Positions 20,208 through 29,886 of a stretch of 60,538 nt of DNA are shown here, piece after piece. The stretch is taken from positions 1-60,538 of IMG/VR virus record IMGVR_UViG_3300034374_004534. One strand, 5' to 3'. The position numbers and the translations under genes were made by a program. The first letter of the stretch is position 1. Every line of letters starts with the position of its first letter. The notes under the pieces were generated by a model that ran no database searches, was not told the DNA's origin, and saw nothing but the letters and a program-made list of their open reading frames with translations. Origin of the DNA: a virus (taxonomy: Duplodnaviria > Caudoviricetes).

Positions 20208-20210
20208 CTG

Positions 20211-21047
20211 TTAACCGAGCTTCTCTAGCCTATCCTCTAGAGTAGCTAAAACAGCTGCCCCCTTTTCTGTAAGACAGAATCGAGTCATGACATCCGTCGC
20301 GTCCATACCCGCTGGAACAGACACGATCAGCTGGTTGCTGTCAAACCAGTATACTCCACTAGACTTCAGATTAATGATCTGATAGTCAGCAGCTTGAGAC
20401 ACAGTTGCGCGAACTGTTACTTCAGGTGAATCGAAGGCTTGAATGAAACCAGATGGATTCTTCTTCGCAGTCTGCAAAAGATCGTAACGAATCTCTGAAG
20501 TGGCTCTGTTGATGTTGATGCCGTAGTAGAGGGCCACAGGAAGCAGTTCCTGAATGTCCTTCTCGCGAACCATCATGATGGCTTCTGACTGAGAGAACTC
20601 ACGAGCAAGCTCCTTTTCGGCGTCTTGTTTGTCGTCCACGAGGCGGAAGAGGCTACCTCCGTTCTCCACGTTGTCGGGGTGAGCATCGAGGAAACGTGCA
20701 AGGTTTGGCTTCTCCTTGGGGACGAGGAGGCGTCCGTTGCGGAAGATCACGGGCTCACGCACTGCGTTGTCACTCTGGTCCTCAACGAAGATTGAGTTCT
20801 CGCGGGGGCAGTAACGAATGTTGCGGATTCGGTTCTCTGATTCGTCAAAGATCTGCACGGACTTCTGCTTGAGCATCAGCACGATACCGCCTCCCTTTTG
20901 AATCTCGTAGATTCGGTTGGTGGGTTTTACCTCCTTCTGACGAATGGTGGGTTTCTTGGCGGGTGCCGCCTTAACCTTTGGTTCTGCCACAGCAGTGGGC
21001 GCTGATTTTTTAGGACGTCCAGCACGTCGCGTAGCTTGTTCAGCCAT
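20211..21047 (-). CDS. Conserved virion protein (crAss-like gene downstream of MCP)
   Basis: IRY...E.SIFV.EQ...I.F..G.L.V...L..FL..HP.N pattern. Confidence 0.65.
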   Translation of the reverse strand: MAEQATRRAGRPKKSAPTAVAEPKVKAAPAKKPTIRQKEVKPTNRIYEIQKGGGIVLMLKQKSVQIFDESENRIRNIRYCPRENSIFVEDQSDNAVREPVIFRNGRLLVPKEKPNLARFLDAHPDNVENGGSLFRLVDDKQDAEKELAREFSQSEAIMMVREKDIQELLPVALYYGININRATSEIRYDLLQTAKKNPSGFIQAFDSPEVTVRATVSQAADYQIINLKSSGVYWFDSNQLIVSVPAGMDATDVMTRFCLTEKGAAVLATLEDRLEKLG

Positions 21048-21062
21048 AACAAATGTATTTAA

Positions 21063-22277
21063 TTAGAGTGAATAAAGGTCGTAAAGTTCTTTCGCAATTC
21101 GCTGAGCCTCAACAGATCCGATATCTCTACTGATAACTCCGAAGCGTCCAAGCCTTCCACTGAAGGAGTGAGTGGTGTTCTCGTTGGCAGACCCAATGTG
21201 AGTCAAGTCCAAGGTACCCGTAGTTGACCCGTTCTTGACGTTTTGAGTGCCCTCAGCGGGCTCATCGGTTACTGCAGGTATGATCGCCAACAGATTTCCG
21301 TCAGCGTTGTATACAGACACGTTAAAATCCTCATCTCTTCTGATGACGAGTACACATGGTGTGATCTCATCTAAGCTCACAAGAGTTTCGGTGATAGCCG
21401 CCTCCCCATATCTATCCTGATATGAGATGCCGATCTTGTTCTCGATATTAGACTTGATGTTGTCTACCCTACTGGCAATACCGACTCCTCCACTAGAGTC
21501 ACCAGCATCAACACCGTAGATAATCGGTGCTTCCTTGGTCGTTGCCGAATTGCCATTCGAGTACACCATGTACATTGTGTAATCACCATAAATGGTTAGG
21601 CTGTTAGCCAGAGAGATGTACGAGTCTACAGAAAAGAAGGCTGTATTGATTCCTGTAGAAAAACCTGATTTTACGGTTCCAGTGAGCTGAGTCACACTTC
21701 CCGTGACGCTGCTGAAGTTATAGTCAGACCCCCCAGTTCCTGCATTTACCCAAGCAGAGATGTTACCACCGCCTCCTCCAAATACCGCATCCCTTGAATC
21801 CAAATCAAGAATCGGTTTGTTTTCGGCAGCCCCAAAGTTGATGTCATTGATCGTATTCGAGGATGCCGCAGTAAAGCCATTGTCTGTAATCACACTGGTC
21901 TTACCAGTGACTCTGTTTACAGGGTGGGCATGCAACACCGCGTTTATAAGTCCTTGATCCTCAGCATCAAAGACTAATGCTTTGCTTCCTTCTCGCAGTC
22001 CAGCGAAGTTGGAGATGCTTTCGATGGTGGTGAACTCTTCACCTACTTCACAGCTAATGGTGACGTACGACTTCTGAATAGACTCACCTGTACTTAGGTT
22101 GCTTTCGTCGTATCTAGAAACATCGTTGTAGAAGATGCTAACCCTACCTGACGAGGCGGTCATATGAGAAATAGACTTCACTGGGAGTGAAATAATCTCA
22201 ATGCCAGTACCATCATCTGAGACGCTAGCTCCCGCAGCAGTAACGTCTTTCAATTTAAATATGATGAACTTATCCAT
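21063..22277 (-). CDS. Structural protein with LamG/ConA-like C-terminal domain
   Basis: 404 aa beta-rich; W.N.G.G...FSG.LG.F pattern. Confidence 0.55.
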   Translation of the reverse strand: MDKFIIFKLKDVTAAGASVSDDGTGIEIISLPVKSISHMTASSGRVSIFYNDVSRYDESNLSTGESIQKSYVTISCEVGEEFTTIESISNFAGLREGSKALVFDAEDQGLINAVLHAHPVNRVTGKTSVITDNGFTAASSNTINDINFGAAENKPILDLDSRDAVFGGGGGNISAWVNAGTGGSDYNFSSVTGSVTQLTGTVKSGFSTGINTAFFSVDSYISLANSLTIYGDYTMYMVYSNGNSATTKEAPIIYGVDAGDSSGGVGIASRVDNIKSNIENKIGISYQDRYGEAAITETLVSLDEITPCVLVIRRDEDFNVSVYNADGNLLAIIPAVTDEPAEGTQNVKNGSTTGTLDLTHIGSANENTTHSFSGRLGRFGVISRDIGSVEAQRIAKELYDLYSL

Positions 22278-22282
22278 TGACG

Positions 22283-22320
22283 CAAATATACAAACAAAAA
22301 AGAGGCCACAAAGGGCCTCT
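22283..22320 (-). terminator. Terminator-promoter cassette, copy 2
   Basis: Near-identical to 20169-20207. Confidence 0.7.
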
Positions 22321-22342
22321 TTCTTTCGTAATAGATCAAGTA

Positions 22343-22657
22343 TTAGGCAACAGTAACGTTCAAGCTACCAACCAATCTCCATCCAGAATCACCAACCCAC
22401 ATGAACTCAGCGTAGTTTCCAATAGCTGCAGCAATGGCAGCAGTGGATCCGTCCGCGAAAGTTGAAGGAGTGATGGTTGCGATACCAGCAGCATCATCCA
22501 AGATGACCTTTTTGAGCTGACCGACTTTAGAGCCATCAGCGAGAGTGATCGCAACAGCACCGCCAGCAGTCAACTCAGTGACGTAAGCGTCCACAGAAAC
22601 GGCACCAGCGCCAGACTTGGTCTCTCTGATTTTATCGGGAATCAAAGGAAAAATCAT
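22343..22657 (-). CDS. Small capsid decoration/auxiliary protein
   Basis: 104 aa, TLADG..GQLK pattern, directly after MCP. Confidence 0.55.
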   Translation of the reverse strand: MIFPLIPDKIRETKSGAGAVSVDAYVTELTAGGAVAITLADGSKVGQLKKVILDDAAGIATITPSTFADGSTAAIAAAIGNYAEFMWVGDSGWRLVGSLNVTVA

Positions 22658-22678
22658 GTTTCAAAAGTTTAGGACTAA

Positions 22679-22702
22679 GAGAAGGGGCCGAAGCCCCCTC
22701 TC
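22679..22702 (-). terminator. Hairpin/terminator after major capsid gene
   Basis: GAGAGGGGGC-TTCG-GCCCCTTCTC on minus strand; weak U-tract. Confidence 0.65.
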
Positions 22703-22718
22703 CTTCGTCTAGTTAGAA

Positions 22719-24125
22719 TCAGTACTTGAGCAACACGTGTTGGTTAGCAGCGCGAGTCACCAACGCGATCTCAGAGCGGTAGTGGAACGTAGCCACGTCC
22801 TTACCGTCTCCGCCGTTGTTGTTGTGACCCAGCACACCGCCACCAGTCACCCAGTGCTCCATCTCACGAGAGTAACCGTTAGCCTCCTTGTAGCAGAGCT
22901 CCAAAGCAGGTGCCTTCACACCAGTACGAGCATCAGCAATGTTGGCCAATGGCACCATAGCACCAGTGTAACCGCCAGTAGTAACGCCACCCAACAAGGT
23001 AGGATCGTTCAACAGCTTCCAGTCGTGCTTGTGGAAAGTGTAACCACCGCGAGTGAAGCTCTTGAATCCGAGCTGGACAGCCATGTCAGCATCGTTGTTG
23101 AACGCACCGAACTGACCGGGCAAACCAGCAGTGAGTTGCGTTCCGATACCTGCAGCCAACATGTCATCGATAGCCAAAGACTGAGTTCTGTTCAAGTACA
23201 TAGCGTACTCGGCAGGAGCACCCTGCTTGTCGAGCTCAACCAAGATGGTGTCGAATTCAGTGAAGCTGTTCAAAGGATCAGCGCCAGTACCAGTCACCTG
23301 CATACCGCGAGCCTCCAAAGCAGAGAAGTAACCCTCAGAGCCAGCAACGTCAGACAAAGCACCGCCTCCGTCGTTGATCTCACCGAAGAGCAACATCATT
23401 TCACGACGATCCATGAAGCGCTTACGAGCTTCCTGCTCACCGTGCATGAACCAACGGTAGTCACCGTTTCCAATGTTCACGTAGCCGATGTTGGTAGCTT
23501 GTGATCCGTTCACTTCGTAACGGTCCTTCACGATCATGTATGGGTTCTTGCGACGCTCGGGCTCAGTCTCCAAGAAGGTCTCAGGCTGGTTGCTGCCCTG
23601 TGGGTGCATGTTGCCCAAGATGATGAACTCATCGTTAGCAGAGATAGTCACAGTGATGCTTTCACCGTCGAGGGTAGAGATGTTGAAGGTGCTTCTGTCA
23701 GAAGCAACGGTGTCAACGATGAACTTGTTGCCAGACTCTGCGTGCATCAACACGTCGTACTTGTTAGGGGTCTGCTCAACGGTGCTCACAGGATCCACAG
23801 ACAAGCTGTCAGCAGAAGAAGCAGAAGAGAAAGATGCACCAGTCTCGACCACCAACTTCACGTGGCGACGACCTTCTTCGAACCACTCGACTTGGTCGGC
23901 AGAACCACCGCTGTTCACAGCGCCAGTCAACTGAAGGAAGCCAGTGATACCCTGATCGCCGTAGGTCTTGACCAAGAGGTCACGGACGTCAGGCTTGTTG
24001 AAGTCACCGTTTTGAGTGAGGAAATCGCCCAGAGCTTGATATTTTCTGGGGTCTGTTGCGAAGGCGCTAGGAGAGCCGTCGATTACGGGAGCATCAGTCC
24101 CGCGAGTTGAACCAAGAGTAGCCAT
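22719..24125 (-). CDS. Major capsid protein (crAss-like)
   Basis: 468 aa; W.E.GR.H, V.GSQ.TNIG, LGF.SF.RGGY.F.K.DWK.LND; follows scaffold-like gene. Confidence 0.85.
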   Translation of the reverse strand: MATLGSTRGTDAPVIDGSPSAFATDPRKYQALGDFLTQNGDFNKPDVRDLLVKTYGDQGITGFLQLTGAVNSGGSADQVEWFEEGRRHVKLVVETGASFSSASSADSLSVDPVSTVEQTPNKYDVLMHAESGNKFIVDTVASDRSTFNISTLDGESITVTISANDEFIILGNMHPQGSNQPETFLETEPERRKNPYMIVKDRYEVNGSQATNIGYVNIGNGDYRWFMHGEQEARKRFMDRREMMLLFGEINDGGGALSDVAGSEGYFSALEARGMQVTGTGADPLNSFTEFDTILVELDKQGAPAEYAMYLNRTQSLAIDDMLAAGIGTQLTAGLPGQFGAFNNDADMAVQLGFKSFTRGGYTFHKHDWKLLNDPTLLGGVTTGGYTGAMVPLANIADARTGVKAPALELCYKEANGYSREMEHWVTGGGVLGHNNNGGDGKDVATFHYRSEIALVTRAANQHVLLKY

Positions 24126-24133
24126 GGTATAGC

Positions 24134-25258
24134 TTAGATTTTAAATCTCATCCCTGAGCCGCCGAGCATGATTTGTTTTAGTTGATCGACGACGGGATCA
24201 GAAGTGTTGTTAATGTTTTGCTGTTGTGGGGCGCTAGCCTGAACGTTGGCAGCTTTTTCTACCAAACCCCGCTGACCATCACTCAGGCCCTGTCTGTAGA
24301 TAGACTGAGCAATCTGATCAATGTTGTCAACCAAGGCTCTGTGAGAAGAGAGCGTGTCAATGTCCCAACTACCGTCATCCCGAATGTAAGGGTCGAAGTA
24401 CTCGTCGAGACGAGCGTTCTTATCCTTGAGTTGAGACTTGTAGTCGTCTTGCAAGCCAAACGTGAAAGTCTTGTCCTGACCCAGATCGAATTCCAATCCA
24501 GTCAGTGAGTCGACCTCACGAGACATGTTCGCGATCCACTCGTCATCAACGATGGACTGAGGCTGTTGATCTTGTTGCTGGGGCTCTGGGGCGCGGTAGG
24601 TCTCTCTCAGATCCGTAATGCGCTTACGAGACTCAGCAGCGTCAATCTTCAGCTGCAGTTGTGAAAGCTTGATCTCATCCTCCGTGTGAACGTCGGGATC
24701 GAGCTTGTATTTGCTGTTCAAGAGAATGTCGATCTCCTGTCCGCTAAGGTCCTTGTACTCCGTAGCCATGCTCACGCGAACCGCCATAACGTCATCCATC
24801 TCAGATGGGTTAAGGGATTGGTATGTGAACCAGTCTTGAGGAGAACGTCCAGTCTCTTGAACGAACTTAGAGATAGCTTCGACTCTCTCGTCGAGCGGGG
24901 TGGAGGGCTCAGTGACAGGCGTCAAGTCGTCGAAAGAAGTGATTTCGCGTCCAAGCCTCTCGCTCAGAAAGCTCATCACAGCACCCTCGATGTCTTGGTC
25001 GCTGTAGTCTTGAGTCTCCGTTGGTCGCTCCTGCGATTCAGGAGCGTTATCAACTATAGTTTCTTGAATCGGTTCGGCGGATGGCGCCTCAGTATCAACG
25101 ACCGACTCCTGAACTGGAGCCTCTGGTGTTTCTACTGGTGCTTCCTGTGCGGGAGCTTCTGCGACCTGAGGTTCAGACTGAGCCATGCTAGCCTGAAATT
25201 CCGACGCATCATTGAAGATCTCGAACGTACCGCCTTCTGTTGGATTGTTATCCTCCAT
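24134..25258 (-). CDS. Acidic scaffold-like capsid assembly protein
   Basis: Acidic low-complexity N-terminus, ETGR...D motif, directly upstream of MCP. Confidence 0.65.
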   Translation of the reverse strand: MEDNNPTEGGTFEIFNDASEFQASMAQSEPQVAEAPAQEAPVETPEAPVQESVVDTEAPSAEPIQETIVDNAPESQERPTETQDYSDQDIEGAVMSFLSERLGREITSFDDLTPVTEPSTPLDERVEAISKFVQETGRSPQDWFTYQSLNPSEMDDVMAVRVSMATEYKDLSGQEIDILLNSKYKLDPDVHTEDEIKLSQLQLKIDAAESRKRITDLRETYRAPEPQQQDQQPQSIVDDEWIANMSREVDSLTGLEFDLGQDKTFTFGLQDDYKSQLKDKNARLDEYFDPYIRDDGSWDIDTLSSHRALVDNIDQIAQSIYRQGLSDGQRGLVEKAANVQASAPQQQNINNTSDPVVDQLKQIMLGGSGMRFKI

Positions 25259-25284
25259 TGTATTTAATTAAGGGTGTTTGTTCG

Positions 25285-25620
25285 TTACGCTGGGCCGTAG
25301 TAGGCGATGATAGAGCCTGAGGCAATATCAACGGTATCCCACTTGCCGTAGATGGTGATGCCTTTTGGGAAGACGTCAGCAGAAGTGACGAGGTCGCCAG
25401 TAGCGTCGAAGTCATTGTCTACTCCATCAGACCCAAAGATCTGCTTGTTGTTCACCGCCTGAAGGTCACGGAATGTAGTGTCCTCCAAGCAAGTGATAGC
25501 AACGAAAGCATATCCGCTAGGACACGTCAGGTCCTGCGCGGTGGTGGTGTTACAAAAGCAAGAACCAAGCTGCCCGAAAGCAGCCTGATTCGCTTCACCT
25601 GTGTTAGAAAGGTTTGCCAT
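25285..25620 (-). CDS. Small structural protein
   Basis: Start reassigned to MANLSN; FPKG.TIYG.W motif. Confidence 0.6.
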   Translation of the reverse strand: MANLSNTGEANQAAFGQLGSCFCNTTTAQDLTCPSGYAFVAITCLEDTTFRDLQAVNNKQIFGSDGVDNDFDATGDLVTSADVFPKGITIYGKWDTVDIASGSIIAYYGPA

Positions 25621-25621
25621 T

Positions 25622-26029
25622 TTATGTGAGTTTAACTGCTGAGCTATCCAAACCGAAGACCGCACACTCAACCATCTGGTCGACGTCAGTGGAGTAAGCC
25701 TTCATGGTCTGATCGTTCTGAGCAGGGATAAACGCGAATTCTCCGCCACCAATCTTCATGACTACTGGATCGTCAGTGGCTGTTTCGGCATACAAGTACA
25801 CATACTTCTCCTTGTCCTTGGACAGGTTCTTGATGTACAGGTAGGCGTTTTCGAGCTTATCGCTTGCCTTGTAGACAGTGATAGCATCTGAGCCAGCAGC
25901 AGTGCCAAGAATCTTGACGCGCTGGACATTGCCAGAGTCAGCATTGATGATCATGTTCACCCCGATGTTAATCGGTGATGTCATGACCGTGGTGGTAGAG
26001 AGACTAAGTGTAGCTCTTACCGTACCCAT
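25622..26029 (-). CDS. Small beta-rich structural protein (paralog of next gene)
   Basis: ATL.LS, YIKN.S, G.F.F.P shared with 26029-26439. Confidence 0.65.
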   Translation of the reverse strand: MGTVRATLSLSTTTVMTSPINIGVNMIINADSGNVQRVKILGTAAGSDAITVYKASDKLENAYLYIKNLSKDKEKYVYLYAETATDDPVVMKIGGGEFAFIPAQNDQTMKAYSTDVDQMVECAVFGLDSSAVKLT

Positions 26030-26439
26030 TATGCTTCGTAGATAACGAGGTATTCAACAGTCATGTTGACTGCAGATGTGTCGATGTCGATGTCTGCGTT
26101 GTCGCCAGTGGTGTCTGCACTCCAAGGCATGAACAAGAAGTCACCTGCATACAAGCGTCCGACCTCAGTAGCACCGACCTTGACGGTGATGTACTCAGAA
26201 GCGGTTGATGAGATGTTCTTGATGTAGACCTTGTGAGCCTTGTCATCGGAGTAGTCCGCTGCGAGGATCAGAGCTGTGTCAGTCTGAGCAGACGCATAGA
26301 ACTTTCGTGCAACGCCCGTAGTCTGATCGAGACCAGTAGCGTTACCAGCCTTGGTGAGCTGAGTGGTGGTGCTCAGAGAGAGAGCATCGCCAGTCAAGTC
26401 TCCACTCGAAAGCGTGAGGGTTGCTGTTGTAGTAGCCAT
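26029..26439 (-). CDS. Small beta-rich structural protein
   Basis: ATLTLS, YIKNIS, AGDFLFMPW. Confidence 0.65.
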   Translation of the reverse strand: MATTTATLTLSSGDLTGDALSLSTTTQLTKAGNATGLDQTTGVARKFYASAQTDTALILAADYSDDKAHKVYIKNISSTASEYITVKVGATEVGRLYAGDFLFMPWSADTTGDNADIDIDTSAVNMTVEYLVIYEA

Positions 26440-26466
26440 GTTAGTAGTAAGTGGTTTTTAGTATTG

Positions 26467-26474
26467 CAAATATA
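26467..26474 (-). promoter_or_regulatory. -7 promoter box TATATTTG
   Basis: Exact consensus, 27 nt before ATG at 26439. Confidence 0.65.
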
Positions 26475-26681
26475 TCACTTTTTCTTTTTGTCTGCTCTGA
26501 TCTTCGCGGCCTCCTTTTTACCGAACGGGGAATTCACTCTAGCGGCAGCCCACTCGTGTTGAGTGACGTTAGGCCTGTTACCAGAACTCATGTATGCGGC
26601 AAGACCTCTCTTGTATACTTCCTTCTCGGCGGCATCAAGACCAGCCATGCCTCCCTTATTCAGTTTCTTAACTGCTCTCAT
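26475..26681 (-). CDS. Small basic protein (DUF5824-like)
   Basis: VY.RG.AAY..G.RP......WA.ARVNS; N-term KKLNKGG. Confidence 0.6.
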   Translation of the reverse strand: MRAVKKLNKGGMAGLDAAEKEVYKRGLAAYMSSGNRPNVTQHEWAAARVNSPFGKKEAAKIRADKKKK

Positions 26682-26824
26682 AATTTATCTCTTTCTTTCA
26701 TTAGAGCCTGCAAGTTCTTTGGGTATGGCTTACCCTTCTTGTAGATCTCTGCGATCTTGCGAATGAGCTCTGCTCTACGAGTAGGGTTCTTGCTGCCCCT
26801 AAGGTATTTCTTGTTGATATTCAT
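26678..26824 (-). CDS. 48-aa basic protein MNINKKYLRGSKNP... (not in ORF track)
   Basis: ATGA overlaps at both ends. Confidence 0.55.
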   Translation of the reverse strand: MNINKKYLRGSKNPTRRAELIRKIAEIYKKGKPYPKNLQALMKERDKL

Positions 26825-27006
26825 GAGTGGTTGACGAGCTTGAACTTAGCCTTGGCAATTGCCTTATCGTGAGGCTTGTAGTCTCCCTTCATCAAGAAGT
26901 ATCTACCACCCTCCTGCATCCAATGGTACCCAGATGGAGGCGGTACCTCGACCGACTTCTGAGAGATCTTGAGCTTGCCCCCCTTGTTGTACTTAACGGT
27001 GTTCAT
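26821..27006 (-). CDS. Small basic protein MNTVKYNKGG...
   Basis: TGATG coupling to upstream gene; PP.GYHWM motif. Confidence 0.6.
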   Translation of the reverse strand: MNTVKYNKGGKLKISQKSVEVPPPSGYHWMQEGGRYFLMKGDYKPHDKAIAKAKFKLVNHS

Positions 27007-27314
27007 CACCACTTAACCTTATTGGCCCAGTAGGCTGCGCTCATCTTACCCTTGGCAATGTTCTTTGCGTGACGGGCCTTGAATGAAGCGCGTTTCTTTT
27101 TCATCTTGGAGCCCTCACCAGCCTTAGGCTTGCCCGCTGTCTTAGCACCCTGCTCCCCAAAGCGAATCAGCTTGACCTTGTCACCAACCTTAGCCAACAC
27201 GATGTGTGACTTCTTCGGGTGCTTGGGTGTACGCTTTGCTTTGTTGACACCAGCCAATCCATACTTCTTGAGCATGTTCTTGACTCTCTTCCCTACTGCG
27301 CTTGGAGATCCCAT
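27006..27314 (-). CDS. Highly basic protein (DUF6321-like)
   Basis: KLIRFG.QG...RASFKARH...SAAYWA.K.KW. Confidence 0.6.
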   Translation of the reverse strand: MGSPSAVGKRVKNMLKKYGLAGVNKAKRTPKHPKKSHIVLAKVGDKVKLIRFGEQGAKTAGKPKAGEGSKMKKKRASFKARHAKNIAKGKMSAAYWANKVKW

Positions 27315-27318
27315 GATG

Positions 27319-27326
27319 CAAATATA
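27319..27326 (-). promoter_or_regulatory. -7 promoter box TATATTTG
   Basis: TATATTTG-CATC-ATG. Confidence 0.7.
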
Positions 27327-27551
27327 TCAAATATCAGAAGAGTACTCCATTAGGTTCCCGTGGCGTAAGTCATCAAGCTTATCAGCGTCTGAGATAGAGT
27401 CATCTGTGTAGAACGATACCGACGGAATGTTGCCTGCTTTGGCCCACGTCACCGCTCCTGACTCGGTCTCGAAGTATTCTTCAATACCAGACATCCTGAT
27501 CACATACCCAGCCGTGATCTTGTTGCCAGTATCTGTTGCAGTCTTTGCCAT
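27327..27551 (-). CDS. Hypothetical protein
   Basis: 74-aa ORF with TAATG coupling. Confidence 0.6.
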   Translation of the reverse strand: MAKTATDTGNKITAGYVIRMSGIEEYFETESGAVTWAKAGNIPSVSFYTDDSISDADKLDDLRHGNLMEYSSDI

Positions 27552-28498
27552 TAGAATACAGAGTAGTGATTGTTTATATCTGTCATTACGTTCGCTCTAG
27601 TTGGCATCGTGTCAGACCAAATAATTAACTCGGATACGTAGCCTTGAAGTTGTGCGTTTCCGTTATCTGACCTCCTGCCAATAGCAGCCTTTAAGCTACC
27701 GTTATTGATAGTACCAGAGCTAGGGTAGCCTGTGTCTGTATCTGCTTTGTCACCGTTGAAATCAATATCACCTTCATAAGGTGAGGCAGAGACATAGGCG
27801 TTTATGATGTATTCATCATTGACAGATATTGTCGTGTTGCTGTCGCTCCTTCCAAGCTCTCCACCACTATATCTTGCAGAGATTCTAAGCTTGGATGACG
27901 CACCCAATACGCTAAGCTGAGTGACCTGAGTCGATGTTGAAGAAGACCACTGGCTAAATACTTGTTGTGCAGTGGTCACAGACTTAAACTCAGTAACTGC
28001 TGAGATAAGCAACTCATCACCGTTGTTAGAGACAAACGTATTCTCCAACCATCTTGCAGTAGAGCCAAAGTAAAAATCAAGCGCTGGGATTGAGTTGTCT
28101 GTGGTGGTAATTAGGTTTCCAGAACCGTCAACAATGTAGGGCCTTGACCCTGCCGTAGACTGAGTCATGTTGTTCCCGTTTCCAGATTGATCCAGCCAAG
28201 TCGAAATCCTGCCGTAGTTGCTGCCGCAGTGGGATGCAAGGGCTGCTGTGTCTAGGTTCCCACTCGAATCAAACCCAATAGTAGCGAAACCTCCTGATGA
28301 GTTTTCTACAACGATAGCCCCAGTAGCCGAAGAAGACAGCTTTCGAAGGCTGTAAGCAGCTACAGCCCCACTGTAAGTGTCCAAGAAGTAATCAACTGGA
28401 ACACTAGAACCAGACACCTTCGATATGCTGTCTTTAAGCACACCATCTACTTTGCTAAGACTAGTCCAAGAAACTCCAGAAAGCTTGTCTATGCTCAT
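27551..28498 (-). CDS. ConA/LamG-like lectin-fold virion protein
   Basis: AAYSLRKL, GFD..G.LD, W.DQSGNGN, G.VSELIIW. Confidence 0.65.
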   Translation of the reverse strand: MSIDKLSGVSWTSLSKVDGVLKDSISKVSGSSVPVDYFLDTYSGAVAAYSLRKLSSSATGAIVVENSSGGFATIGFDSSGNLDTAALASHCGSNYGRISTWLDQSGNGNNMTQSTAGSRPYIVDGSGNLITTTDNSIPALDFYFGSTARWLENTFVSNNGDELLISAVTEFKSVTTAQQVFSQWSSSTSTQVTQLSVLGASSKLRISARYSGGELGRSDSNTTISVNDEYIINAYVSASPYEGDIDFNGDKADTDTGYPSSGTINNGSLKAAIGRRSDNGNAQLQGYVSELIIWSDTMPTRANVMTDINNHYSVF

Positions 28499-29886
28499 GA
28501 CAACTCAACCCAGTCTTTAGACGGATCAAAGTAAATCTCTCTGGTGCCTGCGTTTGTGCAGTACCCTACAATCCTGACGACATCACCACTGCCTGAAGGT
28601 GCTGTGTTGGTAATCTCACCAGAAGTGCCTGAGACATACAGCACGTCTCCAGTTGTGAATCCAGCCCAGTCTCCATGACGAGCAAGACCCTTGATGAGGT
28701 ACTTGGGTGAGTCGTCTACAATCGCAATACCTAGCATACCTGTAGATGACGAAACAGCATCTGCATCAGTCTCCTCCCATTGCTGGGATGAGTCAAGATA
28801 GTAGAGCTTTCCCTGCTCTATGTCTCCGTCAACCCCAGCAGGTCCGCTACCGAAAGACACAATGTCTCCGTAGTACTGATCACTACTTGTGGGGGATGGT
28901 ATTTCTCTCTGACCTTTGATAGTCAAGGTACTGCCATCAAACACAAGGGAGTTTTCAGCAGTCAAGGCAGAGGTGCCGTTGCCAGTAATGACGCTGTTTG
29001 ATGTGAAGGAGGTTGCACCCGTACCCCCTCTAGTGACGGGAAGCGTTCCTGCAGAGAGATCTGAAGCGCTGCCGCTAGTAGCTACATCTGCTAGAGTAGT
29101 AGGCGTGGCTACGCCAGATGCATTGCCGATCCAAGCTTGACCGTCGGGAATGTTGGGTACATCGTTAGCCCTTCCAGCACCCATAATGATGCCAGAGATC
29201 TTGTTGCCACTCGTGTTTACCTTGATGATAATCCCAAGGTTTTGAATAGCATTTGTGCCAGTCGGCTTGGTTGTGGTCCAGCCACCAGAAGCACCTAAGT
29301 AAACAGTCTGACCCTCTGAGTAGATAGAGGCGTCAGGAACGTCTACGTTGTTGATAAAACCAATAGCAATACCCAACCCCTCACCATCGTCAGCGAGGTC
29401 TTGATCTAAGACAAAATGAGCTGGATAGTTCGTGGCTGCATCTGCAGCAATAACCTCGGCTTGATTCCCGACAGAGCCCGTAACGTGGACAGGAGTTCCC
29501 TTTGCAAGCGGGCCTCCGCTTACGTTCTTTACGTTTTCAGAAATAGTCTTCGGGTAACCAAAAGAAACTGTACCTGCACCGTCTGTGGTGAGGACCTGTC
29601 CATCATCACCGTCATCAGAAGGCAAAGTGTACGCACTCCACTTTAAGTTGTAGTCAGTGGCCCCGTCTTTTTGAAGGAACTCATTGTTGGATCCGCCAGA
29701 GATAACGCCTACGCCAGCAACACCCTGAGAGCCCTGAGGTCCAGCAGCACCAGTATCACCCTTCGCACCCTTGGAGGTTACAGCAACAGGGCTAGAAGCA
29801 ACACTGTTTACAGTAACCGCCGTCGAAGCAGATACATTGACGTCTACAGAAGTAGAGTCTTGAACCGTTACTGTAATGTCACTCAT
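28495..29886 (-). CDS. Fibre/decoration protein with short collagen-like repeat
   Basis: GAKGDTGAAGPQGSQG; DGQVL.TDG.G; two G..(V/L)Y(L/V)...G.T.T.P.G modules. Confidence 0.7.
   Translation of the reverse strand: MSDITVTVQDSTSVDVNVSASTAVTVNSVASSPVAVTSKGAKGDTGAAGPQGSQGVAGVGVISGGSNNEFLQKDGATDYNLKWSAYTLPSDDGDDGQVLTTDGAGTVSFGYPKTISENVKNVSGGPLAKGTPVHVTGSVGNQAEVIAADAATNYPAHFVLDQDLADDGEGLGIAIGFINNVDVPDASIYSEGQTVYLGASGGWTTTKPTGTNAIQNLGIIIKVNTSGNKISGIIMGAGRANDVPNIPDGQAWIGNASGVATPTTLADVATSGSASDLSAGTLPVTRGGTGATSFTSNSVITGNGTSALTAENSLVFDGSTLTIKGQREIPSPTSSDQYYGDIVSFGSGPAGVDGDIEQGKLYYLDSSQQWEETDADAVSSSTGMLGIAIVDDSPKYLIKGLARHGDWAGFTTGDVLYVSGTSGEITNTAPSGSGDVVRIVGYCTNAGTREIYFDPSKDWVELS

Noticed and set aside
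22737-25267. Long antisense ORFs opposite capsid and scaffold genes (and similar ones elsewhere)
   Set aside because: Shadow frames from codon bias; no recognisable motifs or expression signals
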